A DNA stretch of 64,000 bases from Sedimentisphaerales bacterium (GCA_963708075.1 OY970194.1:1184001-1248000); one strand, 5' to 3'. Positions 31,816 to 42,784 are shown, counted from the stretch's first letter. The notes: generated by a model from the sequence alone, not told the origin. Numbers and translations are program-made.

Positions 31816-33780
31816 ATGAGATCGTTGCGGCTGGCTTGTTGGGCATCGATACTGGTGTGGCTCGCGCCATCGATGGCGGCGGATCGCATCCGGCTCTCGG
31901 AGGACATGCTGATCAATCTCTCCGGTCAGCGGCCTGCTGTCGAACTCGTCGATGAGCAGGACCTTGCCGGCGATCCGCGCAAAGGCGATGCACAGCAACC
32001 GAAGACGGTGTATTCCAATGGCTGGATCAACGCCAAGCTCTACTATCCCCTTTCCGTTGTCGTCGATCTCGGCGTGATGTACGACCTCGCCGACATCTGC
32101 TACTTCGACGTGGAAGATCAGGGCGTGCTGACCGTCGACTGGCGGGACGCGGATACGTGGAAGCCCCTGTTCAGCGGTCCGCTGAGCCAGTATCGTCAAT
32201 GGGTGTCCCGAAACGTCAACGTCGCGACCCGCTACCTCTGCCTCACGTTCGAAAGTCCCTCGTCGCTGGTGGGGGAGGTCGTGCTCTACGGGACAGCCCG
32301 GGGCGAGCGCGCGCCAGCGCCGCAGCCGGTCCCACATTCGAGACCGCTGGTGGATTCTTTCATTGGGGTCAATGGCTTTGTCGATGATCCCATCGAACGC
32401 ATCGCGGCCTCCGGACACCTGCGCGAATATCATCAGTGGCAGTGGGACGAGGGAAATCAGGATTCCTCCTATCCCGGCTATCCCAACCATCAGTTGGCCT
32501 GGAGCCCGAGCTGGGTCAGCGGTCCCGGCTGGGGATGGGACTTCGACCAATTCTACCAGCAACTCAAGACCGCCGGGGTCGAGGTGTCGCCGTGCCTCCA
32601 GGGATGCGCCCCGTATCTCGTCAGCTTCGACGGGAGCCGGTCGGATGAGAAGCCCGTTATCGCCGGCGGCGATCCGATGCAGCCGCAATCGTACGTCGCA
32701 CATGCCTCTTATCTGTTTCAGTTCGCCGCCCGGTACGGCGGCACGCGTGTCGATGAGACGCTATTGAAGCTCAAGGCCGGTCAACCTGCTCGCAGCGGCC
32801 TGGGGCTCGTGCGATACATGGAGAACTGTAACGAGCCGGATAAATGGTGGAACGGACGAGCATCATGCTTCCTGCCGACTGAGTTGGCCGCAATGTGCAG
32901 TGCGGATTATGACGGTCATCGAGGATCCATGGGCCGCACGGTCGGCATCAGGAACGCCGATCCGGGCATGAAGCTCGTTATGGGCGGCCTGGCCAAGCCC
33001 GAGATCGAGTACATCAAGGCCATGAAGTTGTGGGCCGACCTCCACCGCGACGGCGAATTCCCGGCCGATGTCATCAACCTCCATCACTATTCCAACGACG
33101 CCGGGGGACAGGGCGGCCGGCCTACAGTCGGCATCAGCCCGGAAGCGGACGGCCTCCGCGAGCGATTCCAGCGCGTTGTCGAGTGGCGGGACCGGTTCCT
33201 GCCGGGCAAGGAAGTGTGGGTCTCCGAGTTCGGCTATGACACGAATCCGAAATCGACGCAGCATGCCCCGGCCATCGGCGTTGCTGACGCACAAGAGGTC
33301 CAGGGGCAATGGATCGTGCGATCCTTTCTGGCCCTGGCGGCCGCGGGCGTGGACCGTGCCCAAGTCTATATGCTCCGTGACGTCAATGCGGATAGTACCG
33401 TCCAGTATGACAGTTCCGGCCTGACGAGCGAGAAGGGCAAGCACGAGCCAAAACGGGCGTGGTACTACGTGGCCGCCTTGCGCCACATCCTGCGCGGGAC
33501 CCGGTTCGAGTCCGAAGTCCCCTCCGGCGACGCCAGCGTGCGGATCTACCAGTTCCGTTCCGACGACGCGCCTTCTCGCCGCATCTATGCCGTCTGGTGT
33601 CCCACGAGCAGCCAGGCACAGGTGGGCGGCTTTTCGCTCAGTGTACCGAACGCGTCCGCGGCGACGTTAATTACTCTTGAACCTCAAAGCACGATGGGGC
33701 AGAAGACACCCCTGACCATCGGTAATGGCAAAGTCACGATTGATGTCAGCGAGCGGCCGATCTTCATTGCTGTGCCCTGA
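31816..33780 (+). CDS. Secreted clan GH-A-like glycoside hydrolase with an N-terminal discoidin/CBM-like domain
   Basis: VVDLG...TRYLCLTF; NEPD and WVSEFGYD catalytic-type motifs; NLHHY. Confidence 0.7.
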   Translation: MRSLRLACWASILVWLAPSMAADRIRLSEDMLINLSGQRPAVELVDEQDLAGDPRKGDAQQPKTVYSNGWINAKLYYPLSVVVDLGVMYDLADICYFDVEDQGVLTVDWRDADTWKPLFSGPLSQYRQWVSRNVNVATRYLCLTFESPSSLVGEVVLYGTARGERAPAPQPVPHSRPLVDSFIGVNGFVDDPIERIAASGHLREYHQWQWDEGNQDSSYPGYPNHQLAWSPSWVSGPGWGWDFDQFYQQLKTAGVEVSPCLQGCAPYLVSFDGSRSDEKPVIAGGDPMQPQSYVAHASYLFQFAARYGGTRVDETLLKLKAGQPARSGLGLVRYMENCNEPDKWWNGRASCFLPTELAAMCSADYDGHRGSMGRTVGIRNADPGMKLVMGGLAKPEIEYIKAMKLWADLHRDGEFPADVINLHHYSNDAGGQGGRPTVGISPEADGLRERFQRVVEWRDRFLPGKEVWVSEFGYDTNPKSTQHAPAIGVADAQEVQGQWIVRSFLALAAAGVDRAQVYMLRDVNADSTVQYDSSGLTSEKGKHEPKRAWYYVAALRHILRGTRFESEVPSGDASVRIYQFRSDDAPSRRIYAVWCPTSSQAQVGGFSLSVPNASAATLITLEPQSTMGQKTPLTIGNGKVTIDVSERPIFIAVP

Positions 33781-33805
33781 GCCGCGTACCGATCTGCAAG
33801 GAGAA

Positions 33806-34975
33806 ATGATGATGATGCGACGCCTGATAGTCCTCGCGAGCGTGGTGATTGTTCTTACCGCAGCGAATCTCAATGCGTCTGCAGGCGAGAAGACTTCCGC
33901 GTCGATGCCGCTGCCCCTCAAGGTGGTCGGCACGCAGGTGCTCGACAGCAAGGGCGAGCCGGTGATCCTTCGCGGCGTCAACTGCGCGAGCATGGAGTGG
34001 ACGAGCGACGGCCAGGGGCATATTCTTCAGTCCGTGAAGGTGGCAATCGACGATTGGCGCGTAAACCACATTCGCTTGCCGCTGTCGCAGGACCGCTGGT
34101 TCGGCAAAGCGCCCGAGCAGAAGGATGAAGGCAAAGCCTATCGCGCCCTCGTCAAAGAGGTCGTGGACCTGTGCGCTTCGAAGGGCTGCTACATCATCCT
34201 GGACCTGCACTGGTCGAACGCGGGCGAGTGGGGGCAGAATATCGGTCAGCACGCGATGCCCGATGAGAACAGCCTGGCGTTCTGGAAGGACCTGGCGCCG
34301 GTCTATGCGAACCATCCTGCCGTCATCTACGATCTGTACAATGAGCCGCACGACGTCACGTGGGACATCTGGCTCAACGGCGGCACGGTCACGGACAAGC
34401 CCGGCGGCCGCAGAGGGGGCGAACCGAAGACCTTCCAGGCCGTGGGAATGCAAACGCTTCTCGACGCCGTGCGGGCCACGGGCGCCAAGAACGTCATTAT
34501 CGTGGGCGGCCTCAACTGGGCCTACGACTTCGACGGCATCCTCGACGGCCGGCAACTCAAGGACCCCAACGGCAACGGCGTGATCTACGCCAATCACGCG
34601 TACAACAACAAAGGCCATGGCGTCGACGTCTGGATTGCGAGAATGGAGCAGGCGACGGCAAAGCTGCCGGTGATCGTCAGCGAGTTCGGCGGCTCCGGCG
34701 GGCCCAACCGCAGGGTCCGCAGGTCCGGCCCGACACCTCCGCCCGACCCGACAGGCGACGACTGGCTCCTGCATGTCATGCAGGCCATCCAGGACCACAA
34801 CTGGGCCTGGACCGCGTGGGACTTCCATCCGCAGGCCGGGCCGACCCTGATCTCCGGCTGGGACTACACGCCCACCCCCGACTTCGGCGTCTTTGTGAAA
34901 CAGATGCTCGCCGGCGCCCTCCCGCGCTACACCCCACCCAGTGCTCCGGTGACCTCGCCGCCCGGCACGAAGTAA
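33806..34975 (+). CDS. GH5 (cellulase family) glycoside hydrolase
   Basis: LRGVN, IRLPL, ILDLHW, YDLYNEP, HAY, VSEFG, WTAW. Confidence 0.93.
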   Translation: MMMMRRLIVLASVVIVLTAANLNASAGEKTSASMPLPLKVVGTQVLDSKGEPVILRGVNCASMEWTSDGQGHILQSVKVAIDDWRVNHIRLPLSQDRWFGKAPEQKDEGKAYRALVKEVVDLCASKGCYIILDLHWSNAGEWGQNIGQHAMPDENSLAFWKDLAPVYANHPAVIYDLYNEPHDVTWDIWLNGGTVTDKPGGRRGGEPKTFQAVGMQTLLDAVRATGAKNVIIVGGLNWAYDFDGILDGRQLKDPNGNGVIYANHAYNNKGHGVDVWIARMEQATAKLPVIVSEFGGSGGPNRRVRRSGPTPPPDPTGDDWLLHVMQAIQDHNWAWTAWDFHPQAGPTLISGWDYTPTPDFGVFVKQMLAGALPRYTPPSAPVTSPPGTK

Positions 34976-35028
34976 TAAAAAGCGATCTCCATGCTGCCGC
35001 CGCAACCACGGTCGGACACAGGCCGCGG

Positions 35029-36273
35029 TCAGACGACTTCCTCAGTCTTTTCGTCCCAGCGGATTGTGCGAGCCTGGCGGTAGGACCTAATCGCCATGTA
35101 GCACGCGATCGCGGAGCGAAAGCCGATCTCAAACGGGCAGTTCGGCTCCTTGCGAGTTCGCATGCAATCGAAGAAATTCTGCATGTGCGCCAGCGTCGCG
35201 TCGCCGCCGGCTACGATGTCCGCGCTCTTCTTGGCGGGAGGACCGGCCGGATCGGCGGGTTTCGATGACCGTGGCTTGTCCTGGGGCTCATAGCGGACCT
35301 GGTCGCGGTCGTCGCGCAGGATCGTGCCCTGGTTGCCGAGGACCAGGTCGTCGCCTTCGCCGAAATACCGGTTGCCGAACATGGAGTTCCAGGTGAAGAG
35401 CAGCTTCTCGCTGTGCGTCATGGAGACATCCATCGTGTCGGGGACCTCCATCTCCGGCGACAGGTAGTTGGCGCCCGTCATTGTCACGCCGGCCGGGATC
35501 TTGAGGCCCATCAGCTTGTACCAGAAGCCCACCTGGTGGACCATGTTCTCGTAGACGTTGCCGCCGGCGTAGTCCCAGTAGAATCGCCAGTTGATGACGC
35601 GATTGGGCTCGAAGAGGTGCGGCTTGGCCTCGCCCTGGAAGCCGGGCCAGTCCACGTGCTGCTCGTCGCAATCGGCGGGGATCGCCCGCTTCCAGCCGCC
35701 GTAGGGGGCGTTGCGATAATGATGTGTGTGGATCGCGGTGATTGTCCCCATCTTCTCGGGGTTGAGGAACTCGCGAGCATGCTCGACGGCGGGGCTGCTC
35801 GTCGATTGAATGCCGATCTGGACCACCCGGCCCGAGCCCTGAAATGCCTTGCGCATCCGCTTGGCATGGTCCGGGTTGAACGCCATCGTCTTTTCCTGGT
35901 AGACGTCCTTGCTCGCCTGGATCGCGGGGACGAAGTTCAGGACGTGCTGGTGCTGGGGCGTCGCGATCAGCACGGCATCGACGCTCTTGTCGTCCAGCAG
36001 CTTGCGGAAGTCCTGGTAGGTCTTGATCCGCGGCGTGAAGGCTTTCACTTCGTCCAGGCGGCGTGTATAGACGTCCGCCACGGCAGCCGCTTCGGTGTTT
36101 GGGCATTTCAGGGCAGTCTTGAAAATCTCCTGGCCCCGCCCGCCCGCGCCGATCAGGCCGACGCGAATGCGATCGTTGGCCCCCAACACGCGACGAGTAG
36201 CAAAAGGTCCTGTCACAGCCAGCGTGGCAGCGCCCGCCAGCATATCGGTGACAAATTCACGACGAGTAGGCAT
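35029..36273 (-). CDS. Tat-exported Gfo/Idh/MocA oxidoreductase
   Basis: TRREF; IGAGGRG, DAVLIATP, DVYQEK, NWRFYWDYAGG. Confidence 0.93.
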   Translation of the reverse strand: MPTRREFVTDMLAGAATLAVTGPFATRRVLGANDRIRVGLIGAGGRGQEIFKTALKCPNTEAAAVADVYTRRLDEVKAFTPRIKTYQDFRKLLDDKSVDAVLIATPQHQHVLNFVPAIQASKDVYQEKTMAFNPDHAKRMRKAFQGSGRVVQIGIQSTSSPAVEHAREFLNPEKMGTITAIHTHHYRNAPYGGWKRAIPADCDEQHVDWPGFQGEAKPHLFEPNRVINWRFYWDYAGGNVYENMVHQVGFWYKLMGLKIPAGVTMTGANYLSPEMEVPDTMDVSMTHSEKLLFTWNSMFGNRYFGEGDDLVLGNQGTILRDDRDQVRYEPQDKPRSSKPADPAGPPAKKSADIVAGGDATLAHMQNFFDCMRTRKEPNCPFEIGFRSAIACYMAIRSYRQARTIRWDEKTEEVV

Positions 36274-36346
36274 GGGTTTCTCCTTACGGCGATCGTCTTG
36301 TCTCTTTTCGCCACGAGAGGATTCTACGCGTGCCCAGGACGGGTCG

Positions 36347-37450
36347 TCAAGGCTGAGTTCGGGGCATAATCGATGAAGGTGGACTTTCCGGCCTCACGGG
36401 GTAGATGAAGACCTTATTATTGATGATCTTCGGCTCCTGTTCCATCTCACTGGCCAGCTTTTGCCGGGCAGCCTCGATCGTGTTCGGTAAAAAGGATACG
36501 TAATGAGTCAATCGATCCCTCTCTGTCTCGGTCCGTTGCCAAGCCACCTTGAGGTCGATGTAGCTGTCGGCTTGCTTGCGAAGGGTCGTGGCCATGCGTT
36601 TGCGTGCCTCGGCCCCCTGCAGGGCGACCGCTTCCTCGATGAACATGAGTTCCAGCTTCGGTGCGAATTCCAGTGGGCGACTCGGAATCGCATTGTCGCG
36701 CGACTTCTGATAGCCTTGGATCGTCTCGATCCTGGCCCGGATGCCGGCGATATCGACTTGGGCCATATTGAGCATTTTGTCCAGCTCGGCCGCCGCGTCG
36801 AGTGCTTGTTTATCGTCCCGGTAAGGCACTTGCCTCTGCAGGTCCTCAAATGACTTCTTCGCGGCCTCTACGGATTGAATGACCTCGGGCAACTTCCGTT
36901 GTTCGTCGGCAAGCTCGTCGGACAGCTTCTTGAGCTCATCCTGCATTGACACGACCTTGTCTCTGCAACTGCCTTTGGCATAGCGCACGTACGCCTCGGC
37001 CATCTTCTTGGCATCCTCCAGGCTCACTGCGTAGAGTAGAAACTGCGGTGAATTAGGGTCGTCCGGCGGAGTATAGAAGTTCGGTGGGGTGTGGAAGTCC
37101 ACCCCGCCCACCCTGTAGCCCTGCAACCCTCCATCTGTTAACTCGAGAAATCGTTGCTGTTCCTTGGAGATACCCAGGCTCCGTGCCAATTGGACGACTT
37201 CGCGTATCTCGTTGCTGCCATGTTTCGGAAAGTATTGCGAACGATTGGATGGGATGCCTGCCGCGTAAGCCACCATCCCGTTCCAGGGCGAGCGGTGGAC
37301 CTGGCGTAAGTGTGGTGCCGACAGCACTATGGAACTGACTTCGAATGTGAGCGGCGTATTGGCATCGTTCGGTTCCGTCCCTGCCATAGATGTAGAGGCG
37401 AGGACTGTCACGAGGCTGAACACGGCGATGGATATCTTTGTGCGGATCAT
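36347..37450 (-). CDS. Secreted coiled-coil hypothetical protein (third gene of the ECF operon)
   Basis: Signal peptide MIRTKISIAVFSLV; ATGA overlap with the anti-sigma stop. Confidence 0.75.
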   Translation of the reverse strand: MIRTKISIAVFSLVTVLASTSMAGTEPNDANTPLTFEVSSIVLSAPHLRQVHRSPWNGMVAYAAGIPSNRSQYFPKHGSNEIREVVQLARSLGISKEQQRFLELTDGGLQGYRVGGVDFHTPPNFYTPPDDPNSPQFLLYAVSLEDAKKMAEAYVRYAKGSCRDKVVSMQDELKKLSDELADEQRKLPEVIQSVEAAKKSFEDLQRQVPYRDDKQALDAAAELDKMLNMAQVDIAGIRARIETIQGYQKSRDNAIPSRPLEFAPKLELMFIEEAVALQGAEARKRMATTLRKQADSYIDLKVAWQRTETERDRLTHYVSFLPNTIEAARQKLASEMEQEPKIINNKVFIYPVRPESPPSSIMPRTQP

Positions 37451-37959
37451 AGTGGATTTCTCCTCAAATAGTTGCCGTTCCTGAGCGTTGCCGCCGCAGG
37501 GGTGTCGGCGTAGTTGTCGAGAATATAGCGATATTGTTCCTGCACGATGGATTCGGTGTCCTCGCATTGGGCGAGGATCTGCGTTGCCGCAAGCAGTCTG
37601 GCCGCCGCGGCGACGCCCGCGACCTGCCGTTCGATCCTGGCGTACTCTAGCTCTGGCGGTCTGTGGATGGAATTCAGAACAAGCGTACCGGCGACAATCA
37701 GGATTGCTGCCGCAACAGCGGCCCAGGGCAGCAAGCGAACTGCAACGCGACGTGCTGAAGTGGTCCTGGCGGCCTCCAGGTCGTCCAGCCAGATGGCCTT
37801 CGCCAGATGCAGCGATCGTTCGAGACATCGAATGACCTCCCGGCACGCGGGGCACTCGGCCAGATGCTCAGCCACCGCTTGCGAATCCTGCTCGGACAGT
37901 TCCCCATCCGCGTAATCCACAAGCATGCCTCTGATCTCTTCACACGATTTCTTCGTCAC
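37447..37959 (-). CDS. zf-HC2 anti-sigma factor
   Basis: C..I..ML..Y.DGEL...HLAECPAC followed by a TM helix. Confidence 0.9.
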   Translation of the reverse strand: MTKKSCEEIRGMLVDYADGELSEQDSQAVAEHLAECPACREVIRCLERSLHLAKAIWLDDLEAARTTSARRVAVRLLPWAAVAAAILIVAGTLVLNSIHRPPELEYARIERQVAGVAAAARLLAATQILAQCEDTESIVQEQYRYILDNYADTPAAATLRNGNYLRRNPL

Positions 37960-38534
37960 GGCTCAATACCTCGTTGCAGCAGTTTCCGGGCCAGGATCAT
38001 TCGGCCTTCCCGCAGCCGGCACCGTACCGTGGAGGGATTCAGGTCCAAGGTCCGGCCGATCTCGTTCGAATCGAGGTCGCAGAAATACCGTAAGATGACA
38101 AGCTCCAGCAGGGATGGGTCCAGTTCCGCCATGGTTCGGCGAACGATTTCGAGCTCCTCGGTCACAGTGGCCCGAGTCGTGGCATCGGACGTCCCCGTCG
38201 TCAGAGCTTGTTCGAGGTCGGGCCGCCGCCGCAGGACCTTGGGCACTTTGCGGCGGAACCGGCGGCGGTGCTCTGTCAGGCATCGATTGACGGTGGTCTT
38301 GATCAGCCATCCGGCCATCACTCCTTCGTGCTCGAACCCTTCCCGCTGCTTGAGGACCTGGATGGACACGTCCTGGAGGACATCGTCGATATCGGTCCCG
38401 GCCATTCCCATCCCGGCGGCGATCCGCCGGAGCCGGTCCTGCTCTCGCAGAAAAGTCCTGAACAGGCTCGCCCCGGCCGCTTCCTGCCGGGCCTGTTCCG
38501 CCGAATTCGCCTGTCCGTCCTGTGCATCGCTCAT
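37956..38534 (-). CDS. ECF sigma-70 factor
   Basis: DIDDVLQDV, WL.KTTVNRC, VILRYF.DL...EI...L.LNPSTVRCRL..GR; start uncertain (38534 or 38567). Confidence 0.92.
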   Translation of the reverse strand: MSDAQDGQANSAEQARQEAAGASLFRTFLREQDRLRRIAAGMGMAGTDIDDVLQDVSIQVLKQREGFEHEGVMAGWLIKTTVNRCLTEHRRRFRRKVPKVLRRRPDLEQALTTGTSDATTRATVTEELEIVRRTMAELDPSLLELVILRYFCDLDSNEIGRTLDLNPSTVRCRLREGRMILARKLLQRGIEP

Positions 38535-38864
38535 GCATCTCAATCCAGCCACTTGGGGCATCTGCAAACATAACGCGCAACCATGCCCAGGTGTTGAGAA
38601 AATGTCCGATTCTTATCCCTCCGGCACGGCGAGGCAGGGACCTCCCGTTACTCGCCTGCTTTCGCATGCCACCACTCCACGAAATTGGCTTTGTTTCGCA
38701 TGGAGGTTCATTGGAGGGGCAATGCCGGCAAATGGCCCGCGGTCGGTTTGGGGTGAGGGATCTGCTCTTGGCAAGGCTGGCGCAGGCCGATACGATGGCC
38801 CATGCCGCGCGGGTGTGCGCCCGAATGGCAGCTTGATGAGGCGGTATTGAAAGGGAACTGGCAG

Positions 38865-40376
38865 ATGAATCGCAGGAGTTTTCTGAAGCGGGCGGGCGGG
38901 GTATCAGCAGGCTTGCTGCTAACCAACTGTGGACAGCCGGCGACGGGCTCGTCGTCTCAGGTACAGACAGAACCGAAGAAGCCCAACATTCTCTTTGTCT
39001 TCGCGGACCAGCTTCGCTACGGTGCTTTGGGTTCGAGCGGCAACCGTGTGGTCCACACGCCGAATTTCGACCGTCTGGCCTCCGAGGGCCTGATCTTCGA
39101 TAATGCCTTCGCCAACCATCCCTTGTGCTCGCCGTATCGGGCAAACATCATGACCGGCAAATATGGATTTGCCAATGGCGTGCCGGACAATGAGTATGTA
39201 TTGCAGGATGACCAGGTCACTCTGCCGCAGGCGCTCAAAAGCGCCGGGTATCGCACCGCCTTCGTGGGCAAATGGCACCTGGGCACCGGACCGTACACGC
39301 CCCAGATGCGATATGGATTCGATTATATGTTCGCCTCCAACTGCCCGAACCGCCACTACGGGGCCGCTCACTACCGCAACGAAGCTGGACCGATCAAGAG
39401 CGACAAGTTCACCCCGGAGGAGGAAACCGATGACGCGATCAAGTTCATCGAAGACCATATAAAGACACACAAGGATTCTCCCTTCGCCTTGGTGATGAGT
39501 TGGGAGCCGCCGCACTGGCCCTATGAGCAATACCCGAAGGAATTCAACACGTACGATCCTGCCAAGGTCGATCTGCCCCCCAACGTTCCCGTTCAGATGG
39601 CCGAGTTTGCACGCCGGGAAATTGCACAGTACTACGGCAACGTCTCCTCGCTCGACGCCCAGATGGGCCGATTGATGGAATCGCTCAGCCGGCTTGGGAT
39701 TGCCGACGATACGATCGTGTGTTTCTCGTCCGATCACGGCGATCATCTGAGCAGCCACGGTTACGGCAAGCCGAGTGACAAATGGATGCATCCCACCATG
39801 CGAGCGTCCAAAGCCACTCCTTATGAGGAGTCCGTCCACATCCCGTTCCTCCTGCGTTACCCGCGGGTCGTCAAAGCTGGGCGGCGGACCGAAGCAATGT
39901 TCGGCAGCGTGGACGTCATGCCGACGCTGCTTACCCTCTGCGGCGTGCCGATCCCCAAAGGCGTGCAGGGCCATAGTCTGGCTCACGTTGTCACGGGCAA
40001 GGACGGCGGCGAGTCACCCGATTCCGTTTATCTGATGAACATGGGCACGGGCTGGCCCAACCGGCCCCGGTGGGTCGGCCTGTGGCGCGGCGTCCGCACG
40101 GACCGATGGGTCTATGCCCGCTGGTGGCACAACCAGGACGAGCACGAGCCCGTGCTGTTCGATCACCAGAATGATCCATGCGAGCTTACCAACCTCGCAG
40201 GCAATCCGAAATTCGCCGAGGTTCAGCAGCAAATGGAATCACGCCTGAAGAAATGGATGGCCGACACCGGCGACCCCTTCGACACCGGCCGCCGCGAACC
40301 GACAAAGGGCATGCTGGACCTGCCTTTCAAGTTGCAGCCCCAGTGGTCCCAGCGGCTGGCCGGTGGTGAACGATGA
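38865..40376 (+). CDS. Tat-exported sulfatase
   Basis: NRRSFLK; PNILFVFADQLR, CSPYRANIMTG, GKWHLG, SDHG. Confidence 0.95.
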   Translation: MNRRSFLKRAGGVSAGLLLTNCGQPATGSSSQVQTEPKKPNILFVFADQLRYGALGSSGNRVVHTPNFDRLASEGLIFDNAFANHPLCSPYRANIMTGKYGFANGVPDNEYVLQDDQVTLPQALKSAGYRTAFVGKWHLGTGPYTPQMRYGFDYMFASNCPNRHYGAAHYRNEAGPIKSDKFTPEEETDDAIKFIEDHIKTHKDSPFALVMSWEPPHWPYEQYPKEFNTYDPAKVDLPPNVPVQMAEFARREIAQYYGNVSSLDAQMGRLMESLSRLGIADDTIVCFSSDHGDHLSSHGYGKPSDKWMHPTMRASKATPYEESVHIPFLLRYPRVVKAGRRTEAMFGSVDVMPTLLTLCGVPIPKGVQGHSLAHVVTGKDGGESPDSVYLMNMGTGWPNRPRWVGLWRGVRTDRWVYARWWHNQDEHEPVLFDHQNDPCELTNLAGNPKFAEVQQQMESRLKKWMADTGDPFDTGRREPTKGMLDLPFKLQPQWSQRLAGGER

Positions 40377-40645
40377 ACGAGTAGGCGCGAGCCGGTCAGG
40401 CTCCCTGAGACGGCGACAGGGTTCTCCCGTGAAGGACCGAGAATGTGAAATGTGTAGGTGTGACTCTCGGTCTTCAAACGAAGTCCTGGCGACAAACGTA
40501 CTCGATTCCGCCTTCATGGCCCCCGGTCGTCTCAGGAAAGATGCTCTTCCTGGGGACAAAGGAGCACCTCTACCGGATCGAATCCACCCAGTAGCACCAT
40601 AGGAGCGAATCAGCTTGGAAGCACTCATTACTCTGGCCTCCAGCA

Positions 40646-41722
40646 TTACGGGTGTCGGTATGGTATTGACGAAGGCTTTATCCTTGCAGCTAAGACTTGC
40701 CTCTTTCTCCACAGGAAGTCGCGGACGACATGCACGGATTTCTCCTTGTGTGGGTTTGGACCAACAAAAACGCTGACATCTGCCCACAACTCCGCATTCT
40801 CCAGGTTGATCACTCTATGAGGGATTATAACGCCTTCGTTCGCGTGGAACCCCAGTTCCTCTGACGTACCCGTGTACTTCAACGTCGACAGGAATCTCCA
40901 TTCCAGTTCCTCATGGAATCCCCAATGCTTCATGATCGCAGCGGTTCTCCACATCTCCCAATTGAAGGTATTTATGATTCGCGCATATTGCGTCTGATCA
41001 ACCGTCATCGCCTCACGTCCTATGCGGTCGAGGACTGCATCGATCATTCGAATTTGATCCTCGGGTTCGTATAGGCAACGTTCAAACGTAAAGCCTTGGT
41101 CTGCTGCCAAGCGTTCAAGCTTGCTCTTACGAAACCCGAGTGCAAAGCCACCTTTAGGGCAGTAGGCACGCCACTGGCTCAGAAGATCTCCGTTCTTTGA
41201 GAAGGAGCAAACATGCATTGCCAGGTTCTTCTCGGGGGCAAGACCACCTCGTTCTTCTCCTATCATAGCACTTTGGACAGCGAGAAGATAATGTCCAAAT
41301 ATAGGGTGGCTTGCCTCTCGTCGTTTCAGCCTGTCCTCAAATAGTTTCATGCCCACGTACCACTCCTCTGCGTCATTCAGGAAGAAGATGCGGCTCGCCC
41401 ATATCTTGGCTTCTTCCACGATCTTCCTCAACCCTTCGGGGGTGGTGTAGTGGTACAGATAGAAGTCACCTTGGTCTGACGTTGCCAACGAGCGGACGCT
41501 GAAGACTTCGTCTTCCTTCAACGGCTCAATCAGCGACTCAGGCGCGGTTATCACCGCTATCGTATCACCGAGCGCGTTGAAGACCTCCAGAGAGTAGCCA
41601 TCTTCCCCACTGGGCACAGGGTGATGATCCACGACTGTCGCCACATCTCCCTTCTTCAGCCCTTTATCGGGGATGTCCCTCGTTAGGACGACTTCCTGAG
41701 ATGGCGCGTACTTCATGCTCAT
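40646..41722 (-). CDS. DUF4926-like N-domain fused to a DUF2971-like domain
   Basis: VVLTRDIP..GLKKGDVATVVD...GYSLEVFNALG.T.AV; then LYHYT, LND..E, CSFS...DLLSQWRAY, GFALGF, K..GF.EE.EWR. Confidence 0.7.
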   Translation of the reverse strand: MSMKYAPSQEVVLTRDIPDKGLKKGDVATVVDHHPVPSGEDGYSLEVFNALGDTIAVITAPESLIEPLKEDEVFSVRSLATSDQGDFYLYHYTTPEGLRKIVEEAKIWASRIFFLNDAEEWYVGMKLFEDRLKRREASHPIFGHYLLAVQSAMIGEERGGLAPEKNLAMHVCSFSKNGDLLSQWRAYCPKGGFALGFRKSKLERLAADQGFTFERCLYEPEDQIRMIDAVLDRIGREAMTVDQTQYARIINTFNWEMWRTAAIMKHWGFHEELEWRFLSTLKYTGTSEELGFHANEGVIIPHRVINLENAELWADVSVFVGPNPHKEKSVHVVRDFLWRKRQVLAARIKPSSIPYRHP

Positions 41723-41746
41723 GGCATCCTATGTGACCGTAGTCTT

Positions 41747-42778
41747 TCACGCCGGGGCTTCGGCGGCGGCCTGGTTGACGAGGAAGAGGACGGCCATGCG
41801 GACGGCCAGGCCGTTGGTGACTTGCTGGAGGATGACGCTGTTCTGTCCGTCGGCGACTTCGCTTTCCATTTCCAGGCCGCGGTTGATCGGGCCGGGGTGC
41901 ATGACGAGGATGTCCGGCTTGGCCCGCTTCATGCGCTCGACGGTCAAGCCGAAGTAGTGCGAGTATTCGCGGATGGAGGGGAAGGGATTGCCGCCCAGAC
42001 GCTCGAACTGGATGCGGAGCATGTTCACCACGTCCACTTCCTCGATTACCTTATCGAGCGAGTAGCTGACCTTCACGGGCAGCCGGCCGACCTCGCTGGG
42101 CATCAGCGTGGGCGGGCCGACGAACGTGACCTCGGCGCCGAGCTTGGTCATCGCCCACATGTCGCTGCGCACGACGCGGGAGTGGGCGATATCGCCGACG
42201 ATGGCGATCTTCAGGCCCTGCAGTGTCCCCTTGGCCTGGCGGATCGTGTACGCGTCGAGCAGGCCCTGGGTCGGGTGCTCGCACGAGCCGTCGCCGGCGT
42301 TGACGACACACGCATTGATGTTCCGACTGAGGAGCGTCGGCGCCCCGGCAGCGTTGTGGCGAATTACGACAGTATCGATCCCCATTGCCTCAAGATTGCG
42401 CGCGGTATCCAGCAGGGTCTCGCCCTTGCTGACGGAGCTGCTTTTCTGCGTGAACTCGATAACGTCGGCGCTGAGCCGGCTGGCCGCCAGGGAGAAGCTG
42501 GTGCGGGTCCGCGTGCTGTCCTCGAAGAACAGGTTGACGACGACCTTGCCGCGCAGCGTGGGGGCCTTCTTGATGGAGCGCGTGCTGAACTGCTCGAAGC
42601 CCTTGGCGGTGTCCATGATGTGGACGATCTCCTCGACCGTCAGGTCCCGCAGGCCGAGCAGATGCTTTCGCTGCCACTTGAACGGTTTGTCCCTATGGAT
42701 GATCGCCATACCTGCACCACGCCGTTTCCCGATTCCACCGGGTGTGTGCCGCTCCACAATCTCGAGGATGCGGTTCAT
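41747..42778 (-). CDS. pyrB: Aspartate carbamoyltransferase catalytic subunit
   Basis: FFEDSTRTRTSF, KGETL.DT, EHPTQGLLD, GDIAHSRV, MHPGP; start may be 42709. Confidence 0.97.
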   Translation of the reverse strand: MNRILEIVERHTPGGIGKRRGAGMAIIHRDKPFKWQRKHLLGLRDLTVEEIVHIMDTAKGFEQFSTRSIKKAPTLRGKVVVNLFFEDSTRTRTSFSLAASRLSADVIEFTQKSSSVSKGETLLDTARNLEAMGIDTVVIRHNAAGAPTLLSRNINACVVNAGDGSCEHPTQGLLDAYTIRQAKGTLQGLKIAIVGDIAHSRVVRSDMWAMTKLGAEVTFVGPPTLMPSEVGRLPVKVSYSLDKVIEEVDVVNMLRIQFERLGGNPFPSIREYSHYFGLTVERMKRAKPDILVMHPGPINRGLEMESEVADGQNSVILQQVTNGLAVRMAVLFLVNQAAAEAPA

Positions 42779-42784
42779 GTGTCC

